64,000 nucleotides of DNA, taken from Octopus vulgaris. Lineage: Eukaryota. Of this stretch, positions 25,380 to 37,367 are shown piece after piece. The stretch lies in the NCBI GenBank assembly GCA_951406725.2, contig OX597836.1:25110001-25174000 (forward strand), read 5' to 3'. The notes beneath the pieces were generated by a model that was given only the letters and a program-made list of their open reading frames with translations, had not been told where the DNA came from and did not search any database. How positions within the stretch are numbered: position 1 is the first letter of the stretch; every line of letters starts with the position of its first letter. Made by a program: the position numbers and the translations under genes.

Positions 25380-27969
25380 TTATATATATATATATATATA
25401 TATTGTGTTTGTTTGTCCCCCTGTCATCACTTGACAACTGTTACTGGTGTGTTTATGTCCCCTGTAACTTAGCAGTTTGGCAAAAGAGACCGATAGAATA
25501 AGCACTATAAAGAATAACATCCTGGGGGTTGATTTCTTTGGCTAACACCCTTTAAGGTGATGCTCCAGCATGGCCACGGTCAAATAACTGAAACAAGTAA
25601 AGGAATAACAGCATAAAAGAATGTTTGTCTTTGGTAGAATGAGCCGATGAGATTTGTCCCTCCATGTCTATGTTGGTATGTCTCTCTAGATTCCTCTAAC
25701 TGTAATACTGGATTATTTTTCTCAGACACCATCACGTTCTCTCTCTCTCTCTGACACTGACAATCCTCTGCCTGCCTTCCTTCCTAACATGACGACCCTC
25801 TGTCTATCTCACACACTGATGAATCTTTGAATTACACATGCAATATAATTGACAAATTATGTCCATTACTTCTCATTAAGTCTTTTTCATTTAATTGTTA
25901 TTGGGAAAGCAGGCTGATGGAGGGGTCAATACCAGTGTTAGCTTTTTGCTATTTTTTTGTCTTTTTTCCATACCAAAACATGAAACAAGTGTGATGTACC
26001 AGTTGTTTAAACTAACAAAGAATGGTTTTTAAAACACCATATTTTTCTGGCATACAAATCAACATAGTATATAGTGTAAACATGTAGCATAAACATTCAA
26101 ACATCCTCACTACCTTTCCAAACCCTGCTGCATTTCACATGGAGTCTTTGGTCTTCAACATTCATCTTCATATATAAGTTGACCAACCTTTTCTTGGCTG
26201 TAAATTCCTGAAAAATTCCACTTGTATTCCTACAAATAAATATGAGATTTTTTTCAATATTGGTGCTGCATCCATTATTTTTTGGCAGATCTATAATCAT
26301 TAATATCCAGTTCACAGTTCTTAACATTATCTTTCCCAAAATGATGAAAACCAATGTCTACCAGATGAGATTTGAACTCAGAACATGAGACATTTTTTTT
26401 CTCTTGCTCTTCCTGGTTCTGCCAATCCAACACCTTAATTATAAGCCCTTAATTGCTCCATCACTCCAGTAACTGCCTCTCTATTTGTTGAGCCATCAAA
26501 TTCCCCCCAGTTTTCCAAAATTAGAAAGCCTTGTTTAGAGCTAAGAGTTCTTCCCCAGACCTGGTACCCTAAAGTCCACCCTGACATGTTTAGATTTCAC
26601 TTGACTGATTGTAGAAGCCAGCTGGCGAGATTCTCAGAGAAGGATCACACATTGTAAACACACACATGTGCACACACACACATATATATATACACACACA
26701 CACACACACATATATATACACACACACACACATATATATGCACACACATACACACACACACACATATATACACACACACATGCACACTGATGCAGACCCA
26801 TATGGATGTAGATACAGACAAGCTTATAAATATTAACATGTGAATGTGTATGTTATATGTGTGTGCACATATACACACATAAATATGAAGTATACACTCT
26901 GTGTTTGTGTATACATATATTTATATATATCCAACATGCACACATACATGTGTGTGTGTGTGTGTGTGTGTGTATAAAGTAAGTCATCTGTTGATTTATC
27001 CATTTAAAAAAAAAAGCTGAACCTCCAACTCGTAGCATTCTAGACATTCCTTTTGAGTCAAGTTTTTGGGTTTATAATCCAGGAAGTGTTTATTTTTGGT
27101 TTAATTTTTATCAATTTTTATGACTTAATAAGCATAGAAATAGCATCACCATGACATTTTCTGTCTGCAACAGACTGGGCTCCCCTAAAGGACCCTAAAA
27201 TGGCAAAGTGATATTGACCCTTTTGCTGCAGGAACCAGATAGATCCTCTTGAAGCTTTCATACTCTTTAATGCTTTCTGCAGTTTGTCTTTTGTCAGGGA
27301 ATGTCATGTTTGGAACTATTTTTTTGCTTGGATATTTGTCTTTTACTTGTTTCAATCATTGGACCATGGCCATGCTGGGTCACCATCTTGAAGGGTTTTT
27401 AGTTGAACAAATTGGCCCAGTACATATTTTTAAAGCCTAACACTTTTTCTATTAGTCACTTTTGCTGAACTGCTAAGTTACAGGGACATAAACAAAACAA
27501 CACCAGTTGTCTGGTGGTGGTTGTGGTGATGGGGGACATACACAAACATAGACACATATTTATATACACAACAAGCTTCTTTCAGTTTCCATCTACCAAA
27601 ACCTCTCATAAGGCTTTGGTTGGCACAGAACTGTAATAGAAGACATTTGTCACAGGTGCCATGCAGTGGAACTGAACCAGGAACTATGTGGTTTGTAATG
27701 TGACTTGCAGAAAATACCAATTTTATTTATTTGTCAGATATTTAACATTACCAGAACAACCATGAAATTTAATTTTGCAGTTCAAGAGTTAAACTGGGCA
27801 GCTTATTTAGACCATCACCAGGAACGGTCATCTTAGTAGGCTGTGGCATTGATTCCAGCTGTCAAGGCTTTGGTTGATAAAAGTTTCATGGTAGAAGACA
27901 GTTGGCCAAAGTGCTGTGCTGTGAGCATAACCCTTTGCCATTTAGATTACCCTATCAAATGTAATTAGT

Positions 27970-28230
27970 GGAGGTACGTGGCTTAGTGGTTAGGGTGTCA
28001 GCATCATGATCATAAGATTGTGGTTTCGATTCCTGGACCGGGCGACATGTTGTGTTCTTGAGCAAAACACTTCATTTCACGTTGCTCCAGTCCACTCAAC
28101 TGGCAAAAATGAGTAACGCTGTGATGGACTGGCGTCCCGTCCAGCTGGGGAACACATACGCCATTGAAACGTAAAACCGGGCCCATGAGCCTGGCTAGGC
28201 TTTAAAAGGGTACATTTATTTTTATTATTT
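27970..28230 (+). mobile_element. tRNA-derived SINE family C with a 17-bp TSD (related minus copies near 2620-2810, 3960-4265, 29060-29275, 52930-53230)
   Basis: tRNA-like head GTGGCTTAGTGGTTAGG...GGTTTCGATTCC. TATCAAATGTAATTAGT is duplicated at 27953-27969 and 28231-28247. Confidence 0.85.
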
Positions 28231-28743
28231 TATCAAATGTAATTAGTCATTTATTCACATTGTCTGCCTGCAGGGTGGTTGGTTTTAGGAAGGGCATCCA
28301 GCCGTAATAACCATGCCAAACTGGCCAACCCCTGTCAAACCATCCGACTCATTCCTGCATGGAAGGAGGATGTTAAACGATGATGATGATTGTTTTGAAT
28401 TAATCATGTAGTCTCGTGGCTTTGAGGTTTTCATGATGTGATTACATAGTTTTTGAATGATATTATAGGGTAGGTGTGAGAGGCCCAATATGGCCAGTCT
28501 GAACATAAAACGGAATATTTGGGCTGGATATGGCTTGTTTGAATTTTAATAGGTTAAACCCCAAATCAGTTGTGAAGCAAAGTTCTTAATGGCAGCCAAG
28601 CCTTAATTTGTGATAATGCAGGGTTTGTGGAGTGGAGATATTGTAATTATTGGTGTTTAATGAATTAAATATATGTCAAGTAAAGCAATTAATTATATCA
28701 ACTCCACTCATCAAACATTTGTATTCTTTGGGGACACACGGAC

Positions 28744-28778
<35 letters not shown>

Positions 28779-29949
28779 AGACTAATTCTCAGACAGATTC
28801 AAAGCATATGTTGAAGAGTGAAGGCATGTCATTGATGAGGTTATGGATAGCAATGAAAGGACTCTGACAAAGAAAACTAACAACTAATTGATTGTTCAAT
28901 CAACACATTAAACAAATCATTGAATAGTTAGTTGGTAAAATAAAGAAGTGGTATTAAACCAGTGTGTGTAGCAGAAAAGGTAGAAATGTGTGTTGATTTC
29001 CTTTGATTAGTCTAACCCAGTGGTTCTCAACCAGGGTCTGTGTGGCCCTTAGGGGTCCATATATGTGTACCCTTAATGTAGTTCTCTGAGAGATTCCAGT
29101 GTGACACTGCATGTGACTAGGCTGGCCCCTTTGAATTACTGGTACAGCTCATTTTTGCCAGCTGAGTGGACTGGAGCAACATGAAATAAAGTGTCTTGCT
29201 TAAGAACACAATGCAGTACTGGAAAGCGAACCCACGACCTTATGATTGCGAGCTGAATACCCTAACCACTGACCCATCACCAAAACTACTGTACCAAAAA
29301 CATTTGCTGCCCCTTGGGTGAAGAACCAAGGATCTAATAGCTGTTGGTCCTTTCCAAATCAGTTTCTTGCTGGGGTGGCCACTTGTCCCCCAACCCTTAC
29401 CACCCTATGTTTGACACCCTACTTGCATCACAGCTCGCATTTTGTTGATTGGATTTCATAGATAACTTCAGCTCAGTTTGTCCTTGAGAACTGCTGTTGA
29501 TGAGGATTATGATGATGATGATGATAATGATGACAGCAGGTCTGTCATCAAGTTTTAGGTGACAGCCAGCCATTGCATGTGTCAGCCTTTACTGTTGTTT
29601 GTTTTATATTAGCACAAAACCTGTTGTAGTATTTGTTGACTGAATGCTGGAAATGAAGACACGACAGGCACAGGTGCCAACTTCAATGGGGATGAGAACC
29701 TGTCTGTTGCCAGGCTATCTATCAACGGAGGAATATCAACCATTTCCGATTCCCTAAAAATGGCGATCTGTAAAGAAATATTGATTTTATTGAGTAATTA
29801 AACATAATCCTTCTCAATAGATGAACCAACATTTCTGGGTTCGTTCAGTTTCACTTCTGTTTTTCTGTGCTAGCATAGGTTAGGTGAATACATATAACTG
29901 ACGCATTGTTTTACAAATGGATGCTCTTCCTGTCACTAACCCTTATCTT

Positions 29950-30355
29950 TTTTACTCTTTTACTTGTTTCAGTCATTTGACTGTGGCCATGCTGGAGCAC
30001 CACCTTTAGTCGAGCAAATCGACCCCAGGACTTATTCTTTGTAAGCCTAGTACTTATTCTATTGGTCCCTTTTGCCAAACCGCTAAGTTACGGGGACGTA
30101 AACACACCAGCATCGGTTGTCAAGCGATGTTGGGAGGACAAACACAGACACACAAACACATACACACACATACATATATATATACATATATACGACGGTC
30201 TTCTATCAGTTTCCGTCTACCAAATCCACTCACAAGGCTTTGGTCGGCCCGAGGCTATAGTAGAAGACACTTGCCCAAGGTGCCACATAGTGGGACTGAA
30301 CCCAGAACCATGTGGTTGGTAAGAAAGCTACTTACCACACAGCCACTCCTACGCC
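29950..30355 (-). mobile_element. SINE family A copy
   Basis: Full-length reverse-complement match to the family. Confidence 0.85.
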
Positions 30356-30987
30356 TTATGTTAACAAGTAAAGGATTTTTTTTGTTATTCTACTTATTCT
30401 CAAAAGCAAGGAACTGTCAGAACTCCATTTGTGAATGTACACACACACATGTACACACACATACAAGCAAACAAATGACGGGCTTCTTTCAGTTTCCATC
30501 TATCAAATCTATTCACAAAGCTTTGGTCAGTCCTGACCTATAAAAGTAGGCCCTTGTCCAATGTACCGTGCAGTAAGACTGCACCGATTATCATTTGGTT
30601 GGGAAGCAACCATCTGAACCGCACTTACCTGTGTCTGCTCTGTGTATGTGAGATGATCATCATTCAGTGTTAATATTCCTTATTAATTGAGTACCAGCTG
30701 CATACTGGGGTTGATATAATCAACTGTAATCCTCTCCCAACATAAATAATCTGTATCCTTGTTCCTATACTGGAAATCTTTGTAATTAGTATCATGTCAG
30801 ATATAATTATCATTATTAATTATGGCATAAATAATTATTTTGCTGTGTTTTCCCATCAGTTTTGGGACATGTGGGGGAGGTGGGCTGTGCAATAAGATGG
30901 TTTTTAATAAGAGTGTGTATGTATGTGTGTGTGTGTGTGAGTGACTGCATGTGTGTGAGTGACTGTATGTGTGTGTGTGTGAGTGAC

Positions 30988-31027
<40 letters not shown>

Positions 31028-32451
31028 AGTGACTGTGTGTGTGTGTGACTGTGTGTGTGTGTGAGCAATTATGTATGGTTCTGTGATTGTTGTTATTCTC
31101 CATATCTAACCATCCAGCCAGTCACACACATACACACACCTTGTTCTGCTGGGGTCACTGACCTTTCTTTTCCTAATAAACACTATATATATATATATAT
31201 GAGAGAGAGAGTGTGTGTCTGTGTGTGTGTATGTGTGTTTGAGCTGTTCCCTAGTGTTTAATATATTTCATCACCATCATATCATCTCTCTGTCTTCTCT
31301 TTCCTTCCTTATTTACTGAGAAATTTCAACAGTTTCACAATCTGATCCTATTGCAGCTATCAAGCATGGTACACTCTCTTCCCATCCTTTCTCCACCACC
31401 ACCACCACCACAACTGCCACCACCACAACTGCCATCACCACCACTGCCATCACCACCACCACTGCTACCACTGCCCACCTTATCTATGGACTCTAAGGCA
31501 CTGCCCACCCCCTGTTCCATCAGAAAGTGCTTAAAAACTGCTACTGTCTCTGACTACTACTACTACCACTACTACCATCACCGAAACCATTGCTCGGTCA
31601 CCAGCTTGACCACTGCCATCATCACTATGTCTATCATTACCACCATCACCACCATGGCCTTGACCATGACAACCATCAACACCCCCCTCACTACCCCACC
31701 ACCACTACTGCTACAACTGTTGTTAATTTTGGCTCAAGGACATTAATTTTTGAGGGGAGGGGGATCGTCAGTATCATCCATCCATCCCAGTACTCGATGT
31801 ATATTTTTTATTTTAAGAAGTTTTTCTTTTCGAGTGTGTGGTTCCAGGTTCAATCCCACTGCACGACACTTTGGTTTAGAGTCTATGACTTATACTCTTG
31901 GATTGACCAATGTCTTTGTCAGTGAAATTGGCCGATGCAAACTGTGAGAGCCCATCGCGTGCACACATATGCGCTCGTGTTGACATTTGTCTAAAAGATA
32001 AATCTGGGTTTGAGGAGTGGGGAATAATCCTTGACCCCCCCCACCCCGAGAGATTACCATCACCATCACCACTGCCATCGCCACCGCCACTACCATCGCC
32101 ACCACCACTGCCATTGCTACCACCACTACCATCGCCACCACCACTGCCATTGCCATCACCACCACCACCAGTCATTGCCACCCCTCCATTTAAAGATATT
32201 TATTACTTTTGTGTATTATGTACCCTCTCATATACCCTGATCTGAAATGAGATACTGTTATCTTTATTGACAAGAAAATTCTTTGTCCTGTATTTTGTAT
32301 CCAGATGTGAAGTAAAATACTTGTTTTGTTATTCTTATAAAAAGAAGGAAAAGCAAAGCGGCACTCATTGTTTTCCTGAATTCTCTATTCCCCTCTTACC
32401 ATTATGCCATTGACCCCTTATTAACTCCTATTTGTTGATTGTTTCTTACAG

Positions 32452-32573
32452 TTCACCAGGCTGTATACTCAGTGATGAAGAAGCGCAAGAAGTTGCACAG
32501 CTTCTTGCCCAGCGAGAGCAGGGTGATGGTCATGAAGAACCAGATCGAATTATAGATGACAATTCTATATCAG
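32452..32573 (+). CDS. PPP1R9A: Probable neurabin/spinophilin upstream exon, SPGCILSDEEAQEVAQLLAQREQGDGHEEPDRIIDDNSIS(G)
   Basis: Acceptor ttgtttcttacag and donor CAG|gtaagc. Open frame with phase 2 start and phase 1 end, compatible with the 42811 exon (G+GA = Gly). Unique sequence with coding-like composition; homology not verified. Confidence 0.75.
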
Positions 32574-32709
32574 GTAAGCACGGTCTTTTCCTAACCACCC
32601 CCCGCCACACACCCCTCTGTTAGTCCTTCTCTTTTCCTCTCTTGTCAGACATCTCTCTCTCTGTCAGTCTGCCCTGTGACCCGTCTGTCCATTAGCTGTG
32701 TAGCTAGAG

Positions 32710-32969
32710 CAGTACTTCTCAACCAGGCCCCCATACGATCCTCAAGGATCGTATGGGGGCCTGGTTGAGAAGTAGATTTTGTTAAAATTTATCTGCAATA
32801 CATTGGTTAAACTTCTGCAACGTTCAAAATACTTAAATTTTTTGAATAAAATTCTTAATATTTGATTCTAAAAATACAGTTAAATCTTTTTTTTATATAC
32901 ATCAAATGGCTATGGAGGTCCAATAGGAATCGAAGGGGTCCATGGGTAATAAATAGTTGAGAACCACTG
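32710..32969. mobile_element. hAT-type MITE with a palindromic rearranged left end
   Basis: Termini CAGTACTTCTCAAC / GTTGAGAACCACTG. A related decayed copy lies near 52245-52500. Confidence 0.65.
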
Positions 32970-33448
32970 TGTTTGAGTATGTCCTATTCAGGGCAGCTCT
33001 TGAGTTTGCCCCCTACTCCTGTCCCCATCAAGGCAGACCCCAAAATGCAGTCCTCCATGAGTGGACCTTTTGCTAGTCTTCCCCTTTTATCCACCTTCTC
33101 CCCTTTCTGCCCTTACTCTGCCCTACCTTGTCTTCTCTCTTTTTCCATCTTTACGCTAGAACTCACTAAATTTTAAGTGTAACTAATAAAGCAATTTCAA
33201 GAGATCCGGGTTCTCTTGTAGTTTCGCTCCTGCCTCTTACAATATGTGATATCATCATGGTGTTTCTGGAAAAGGCATGAACATCACAACTTACCATCTC
33301 GTTCTCTAATTTATAGATCATTTATATCTTCTTCACTACCCTTCTTTACTTCTTTCTACTTTTCATTTTTTGTCTCATTCATTCACACAATCTCATTCAC
33401 TGTCTGACTCTTTCATACTTTCCTTCTCTCTCTTTCACTCTCTCTCCC

Positions 33449-33486
<38 letters not shown>

Positions 33487-34450
33487 ATCACAACTAAATG
33501 CTGCTCCATGGCTTTAATTTCCAGGTGAATCACTTAGAATCACCCCTTCATTGGCCATTCCACTCTGGAATATCTACCTATATTCAATGATCCAGAGATC
33601 ATTGGAGACCTCCACTGGGTTGCTTTTCCCTCAAAGCACAGTGAAGTGGGATGGAGACCTTCAGAAGTGATCCAGAAAGAGAATCAGGATATCCTTCATG
33701 AAATGTGTGAGGGGGTGGGTCTTGTGACCAATTTTCTAGGGTTCTGATTGGTTTATTGACCCTTTCTATGTTCAGAACTGTGTCTGTTGGCGAGGCAGTT
33801 AACTTTTGCCAGCTCACTTCACCTAATTGCACATAGGTACCATGAGGTGGTGAAGACAGTTGGAACTTTATATGATGAACCGTTTCTGTTGTTATGTTGG
33901 TCCAGCAGACATAGCAAAGCACTTAACAAAATGCTTATTTAACTATGGGAAGAAGTAGTTTCCGAGTTCAATCCCTAGCTTAGTCCCCAAATAAGCCACC
34001 CACTAACCTGTACTTCCACAAATTGTTTCAGGTGATGTCATTTATTTTCAGTTGAGTAGATTGGAATCATGTGAAATGATGAGCCTTGCTCAAGGACACA
34101 ATGTGTTGCCTGGTTCAGGAGTCGGACCCAACACCTTAACCACTAAGCCATGCACTTTCATAGACATAGCATACACACACACACACACATATATAAGACT
34201 ACAAATGGGGTTTTATATCCCCTTGTGTTCACTTTTTATATGTATGCTGCTCCTAGAACGAACCCTGAGTCAGATCTATGGTTTAAATTAGATTTGGTAC
34301 TGACATGTCTAGAGTCCCCTACCAAAGCATGATACTTTCGTGGTTGTTTTATCTCACTGTGAGCCCTCTGTTATTGTACCTAGCCATTTGTGGCATCCTC
34401 TGTGCTGATGTGCCTAGATTCTATTGAATCCTCTAACTAATTAATCTATA

Positions 34451-34679
34451 CAGTAATCCCTCGCTATATCATGGTTCACCTATTGCAGTTTATTATTTAA
34501 GCTTATGTCGATTCCTCCATGGTGGTTTTGCTTTTATAATAAAATAAATATATACAAATTATAAAAATAATAAAACAAGATAAGCAGTACAGTACTGTTT
34601 CTACTTTGCGGATTTTCACTTATCGCGGGGTGTGGGTGAGTTTTGGAATGTAACACCCACGATAGTCAAGGGATTACTG
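34451..34679. mobile_element. Tigger/pogo-like MITE
   Basis: TA|CAGTAATCCCT... and ...AGGGATTACTG|T termini. Confidence 0.6.
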
Positions 34680-35208
34680 TTAGTGTGTGTGTGAGTGAGT
34701 AAGTGATTAGAGATAGCTGTCCAAATTAATTTGTTAATCTTTATCTTTGCTGTATGAGGAGTTACTAACGAAGTGAAAATAGCAGCAAATTTCTGGAGAT
34801 CTTGGTCTGATTTTCAGTTTGGCTTTTTCATCACTTCAATGTAATCTTAATGATAATTTTGGTCATGGCATGAACATCACAACCTTCTATTTCTTTCTCT
34901 ATCTCTCTCTCTCTCTCTCTCATATAAATTATCCAAGCTTTTGTACTTCCTTCATCATTACCCCTGATCCCCCCCCTCTCTCTCTCCCTGTCAAATAAAT
35001 CTCAGGATGTTTATCAGTCTGGGTTAAGTGTTGCACCTGGTTCTGTCTTCTTCTTTAGCAATTCTATTCACATCTACAATACATCGTAGAAATGAAAACA
35101 CTGTGAGAACCCAATACTTTATGCTTGCTTACTGTTTAAACAGCAGAATCTGTGGTGTTTTGCAAGAAAAATCCCTTTAAAGATGTATAGTGCTAAAAAC
35201 ATAATATA

Positions 35209-35294
35209 CTTCAGAAGAAACTGTAAGCAGGACAGACACAGTATTTCACTGTGATTGCAGCTCATCAGTATTACATGCTTGTATCACTTCTGAA
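35209..35294 (-). ncRNA. Type I hammerhead ribozyme-like fold
   Basis: Minus strand reads UUCAGAAG-UGAUAC-AAGCA-UGUA-AUA-CUGAUGA-GCUG-CAAUCA-CAGU-GAAA-UA-CUG-UG-UC-UGU-CC-UGCUU-ACAGUUU-CUUCUGAA. The CUGAUGA/GAAA/UH core is intact and stems I, II and III can all pair. Confidence 0.6.
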
Positions 35295-35808
35295 ATGAAA
35301 TTAAAATTGCTAATCTTACAGCATCTGTAAATTGAATTTATCATCAGTATATTAAATCAACTTAGTGTCTAACTCGATGTTTCTCAATTGAAACTCCCAG
35401 GGCCGCATGTGGCCCTCAAGCATCCTTCTGGTAGCCTTTGATAGTCTTCCCTCTATAAATACAATAAATTTCTCTTTAATTGATTTCCTTTTTACTTTTT
35501 TGGGTGTAGCCCACTAAAAAAAAAGTTTACTGTATTAAACATTACTGTGGAACACAGCGAAACTTCTCTGCAGCTGATTTGAACTTCTGACCAAGGAGTT
35601 GGTTATAATACTTTATCCACTTGACCATTTCACTTCTACAAATGACTCCACCCCCACCTCCACATCAGTTTTATCTGCTGATGGATTATCAGTGTGCCAG
35701 ACAGGCTTATCTCTCTCTTTGTGGCTTTTTTTTTTTTTAAATTTATAAAATTGGTGTTTGTAAGTGTTAAAAGAGGTGAAATTCCATAGCATTCTTGAAA
35801 TGTTGCAG

Positions 35809-35898
35809 GTTGTAGAGAAGTGAGGCGGATCCTCCCTGTCCCTGAAGATGGTTCCAGAAAGTGGAGGTGTTCGGAACAAAGTGATGTTAGGCATGGCG
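35809..35898 (+). CDS. Candidate 90-nt cassette exon, (G)CREVRRILPVPEDGSRKWRCSEQSDVRHG(G)
   Basis: tgttgcag|...G|gtgagt. Phase 1 to phase 1 and stop-free in the frame required between exons 32452-32573 and 42811-42929. Weak polypyrimidine tract. Confidence 0.45.
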
Positions 35899-36227
35899 GT
35901 GAGTGTAGTAGGGTACCTGAGGACAGCCGTAGACAAGATTAGTTACCAGTTAATCCCTTCATCCTTAATCTGCACCCATCACTGTCATCATCATAATCAT
36001 TTACATCATTATCGACATCAATGTCATCACCACCACCACCACCATCATTATCATTATATCGACATGGTAATGCTATTCTAAACCTGTGATCTGGCATCAC
36101 ACCTGAACTAATAAGATAATTAAAGGTATAGGGAAATAAATTAGTAACACTGTTACTAATTATAATAATAATAATAGCATCGAAAAATACCTTAGGAATG
36201 AGAACCCTGGTTCAAAATTTCCCCAAG

Positions 36228-36271
36228 GCACCTGAAGAAAGCTGGAGAGTATATCAGCCGAAATGTTGTGT
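36228..36271 (+). ncRNA. Minimal hammerhead motif (Penelope-associated type), slightly degenerate
   Basis: GCAC-CUGAAGA-AA-GCUG-gagaguauau-CAGC-C-GAAA-UG-UU-GUGU: core, stem II and stem I (GCAC/GUGU) are present, with a vestigial stem III. Confidence 0.45.
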
Positions 36272-36737
36272 TCACAACAAACAAGATGAGGACAAAATAT
36301 TCATCAAATGTAAATAATGTAAATAATTCTTTGATGGAGAGATTTAACTAACACTTTTGTTACTTTATTTTTGTTAAACTACATTGTCTTTGCTTCAGTT
36401 AATTACTCTGCTATATTTAGTGACTATTTTAAGCAATGAGTTTGTGGACAATTAAGGGGTTGGATGGGTGCTGATGATGGAGCAAAAACATACGTCATAT
36501 ATGCCCATGACCCGTTTTCCATCTTCAGTTTCGTTGCTGTTTACATCAAGCATCTCAGATCAGTGCCAGTTATAATTTCTGTAGGAAATCGTTAGAGATA
36601 ACCTTAGCAAGTAATGAAGAATTTAGGGAAATAACCTTGTCATTATTAAGTTGTTATTTGGAAAATTTGATGAAACTTTGTAGAACTCTGTTTCAAATTG
36701 TTTGGCAGTATTTATGCATCATCAGGTGACAAATTTG

Positions 36738-36771
<34 letters not shown>

Positions 36772-36774
<3 letters not shown>

Positions 36775-37367
36775 AGTTAGTTAGTTAGTTAGTTAATTTG
36801 GCTCAAAAGCAAATAGCAAGGCCATGTAGGGGGACATGGAGTTAAGTACAGGGTGGTGTTCATGTAAAGAGTTCAGGCCACTTGAGGTCAAGGGAGGCTT
36901 TGAACAAAGCGGTCGTCGGCATCTTCACCATCTCGTCTGGCAGCTTGTTCCACGGATCCGCAACCCGGATGGAGAAAGCTCCTCTCCTTCGATTGAGATG
37001 AAATCGTTGCAGGTAGAGCTTTTCGGAATGACCCCGCAGCCGACACTCTGGAGCAGGAGTGAAGAACAGCTCTTTCGAGAGGTTACACTTTCCGCTTATG
37101 ATGATGTGGGCGAGAATGAGATCACCACGGCGGCGGCGTTTTTCAAGAGAATAAAGGTCGAGCGTCCTCAGCCTTTCTTCATAGGACAAATTTTTGAGAC
37201 CGTGAACCATGCGAGTAGCCAGCTTCTGGACTCTTTCGAGATGCTGTATGTCTTTGAGGAGATAAGGAGAAGAGGCTTGAATCCCGTACTCCAATATGGG
37301 TCTCACCAGCGTGACATAGAGTGGTAGGAATATGGCTGCTGTGAGCATTCCGAATGACCGTCGAATC
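36772..37367 (-). mobile_element. 5'-truncated CR1-clade LINE (C-terminus of ORF2, 3' UTR and (AACT)n tail)
   Basis: ORF 36860..37456 contains LYVTLVRPILEYG...LERVQKLATRMV...LSYEERLRTLDLYSLEKRRRRGDLI...RGHS..L...PWNKLP, typical of the CR1 ORF2 C-terminus. The tail abuts a (TA)n tract. Confidence 0.92.

Noticed and set aside
27970-28045. tRNA-like sequence
   Set aside because: It is the head of a SINE with body, tail and TSD; the cloverleaf is not intact.
29640-29795. Coding-looking frame LNAGNEDTTGTGANFNGDENLSV...
   Set aside because: Preceded by an in-frame stop, with no usable acceptor or phase-compatible donor.
33540-33940. Minus-strand 107-aa ORF
   Set aside because: No recognisable domain or splice signals; possibly old retroelement debris, but I cannot support a call.
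35840-35876. CTGAAGA-TGGTTCCA-GAAA as a hammerhead core
   Set aside because: Stem II is too short with the wrong closing pair and there is no stem III/UH; better explained as candidate exon sequence.
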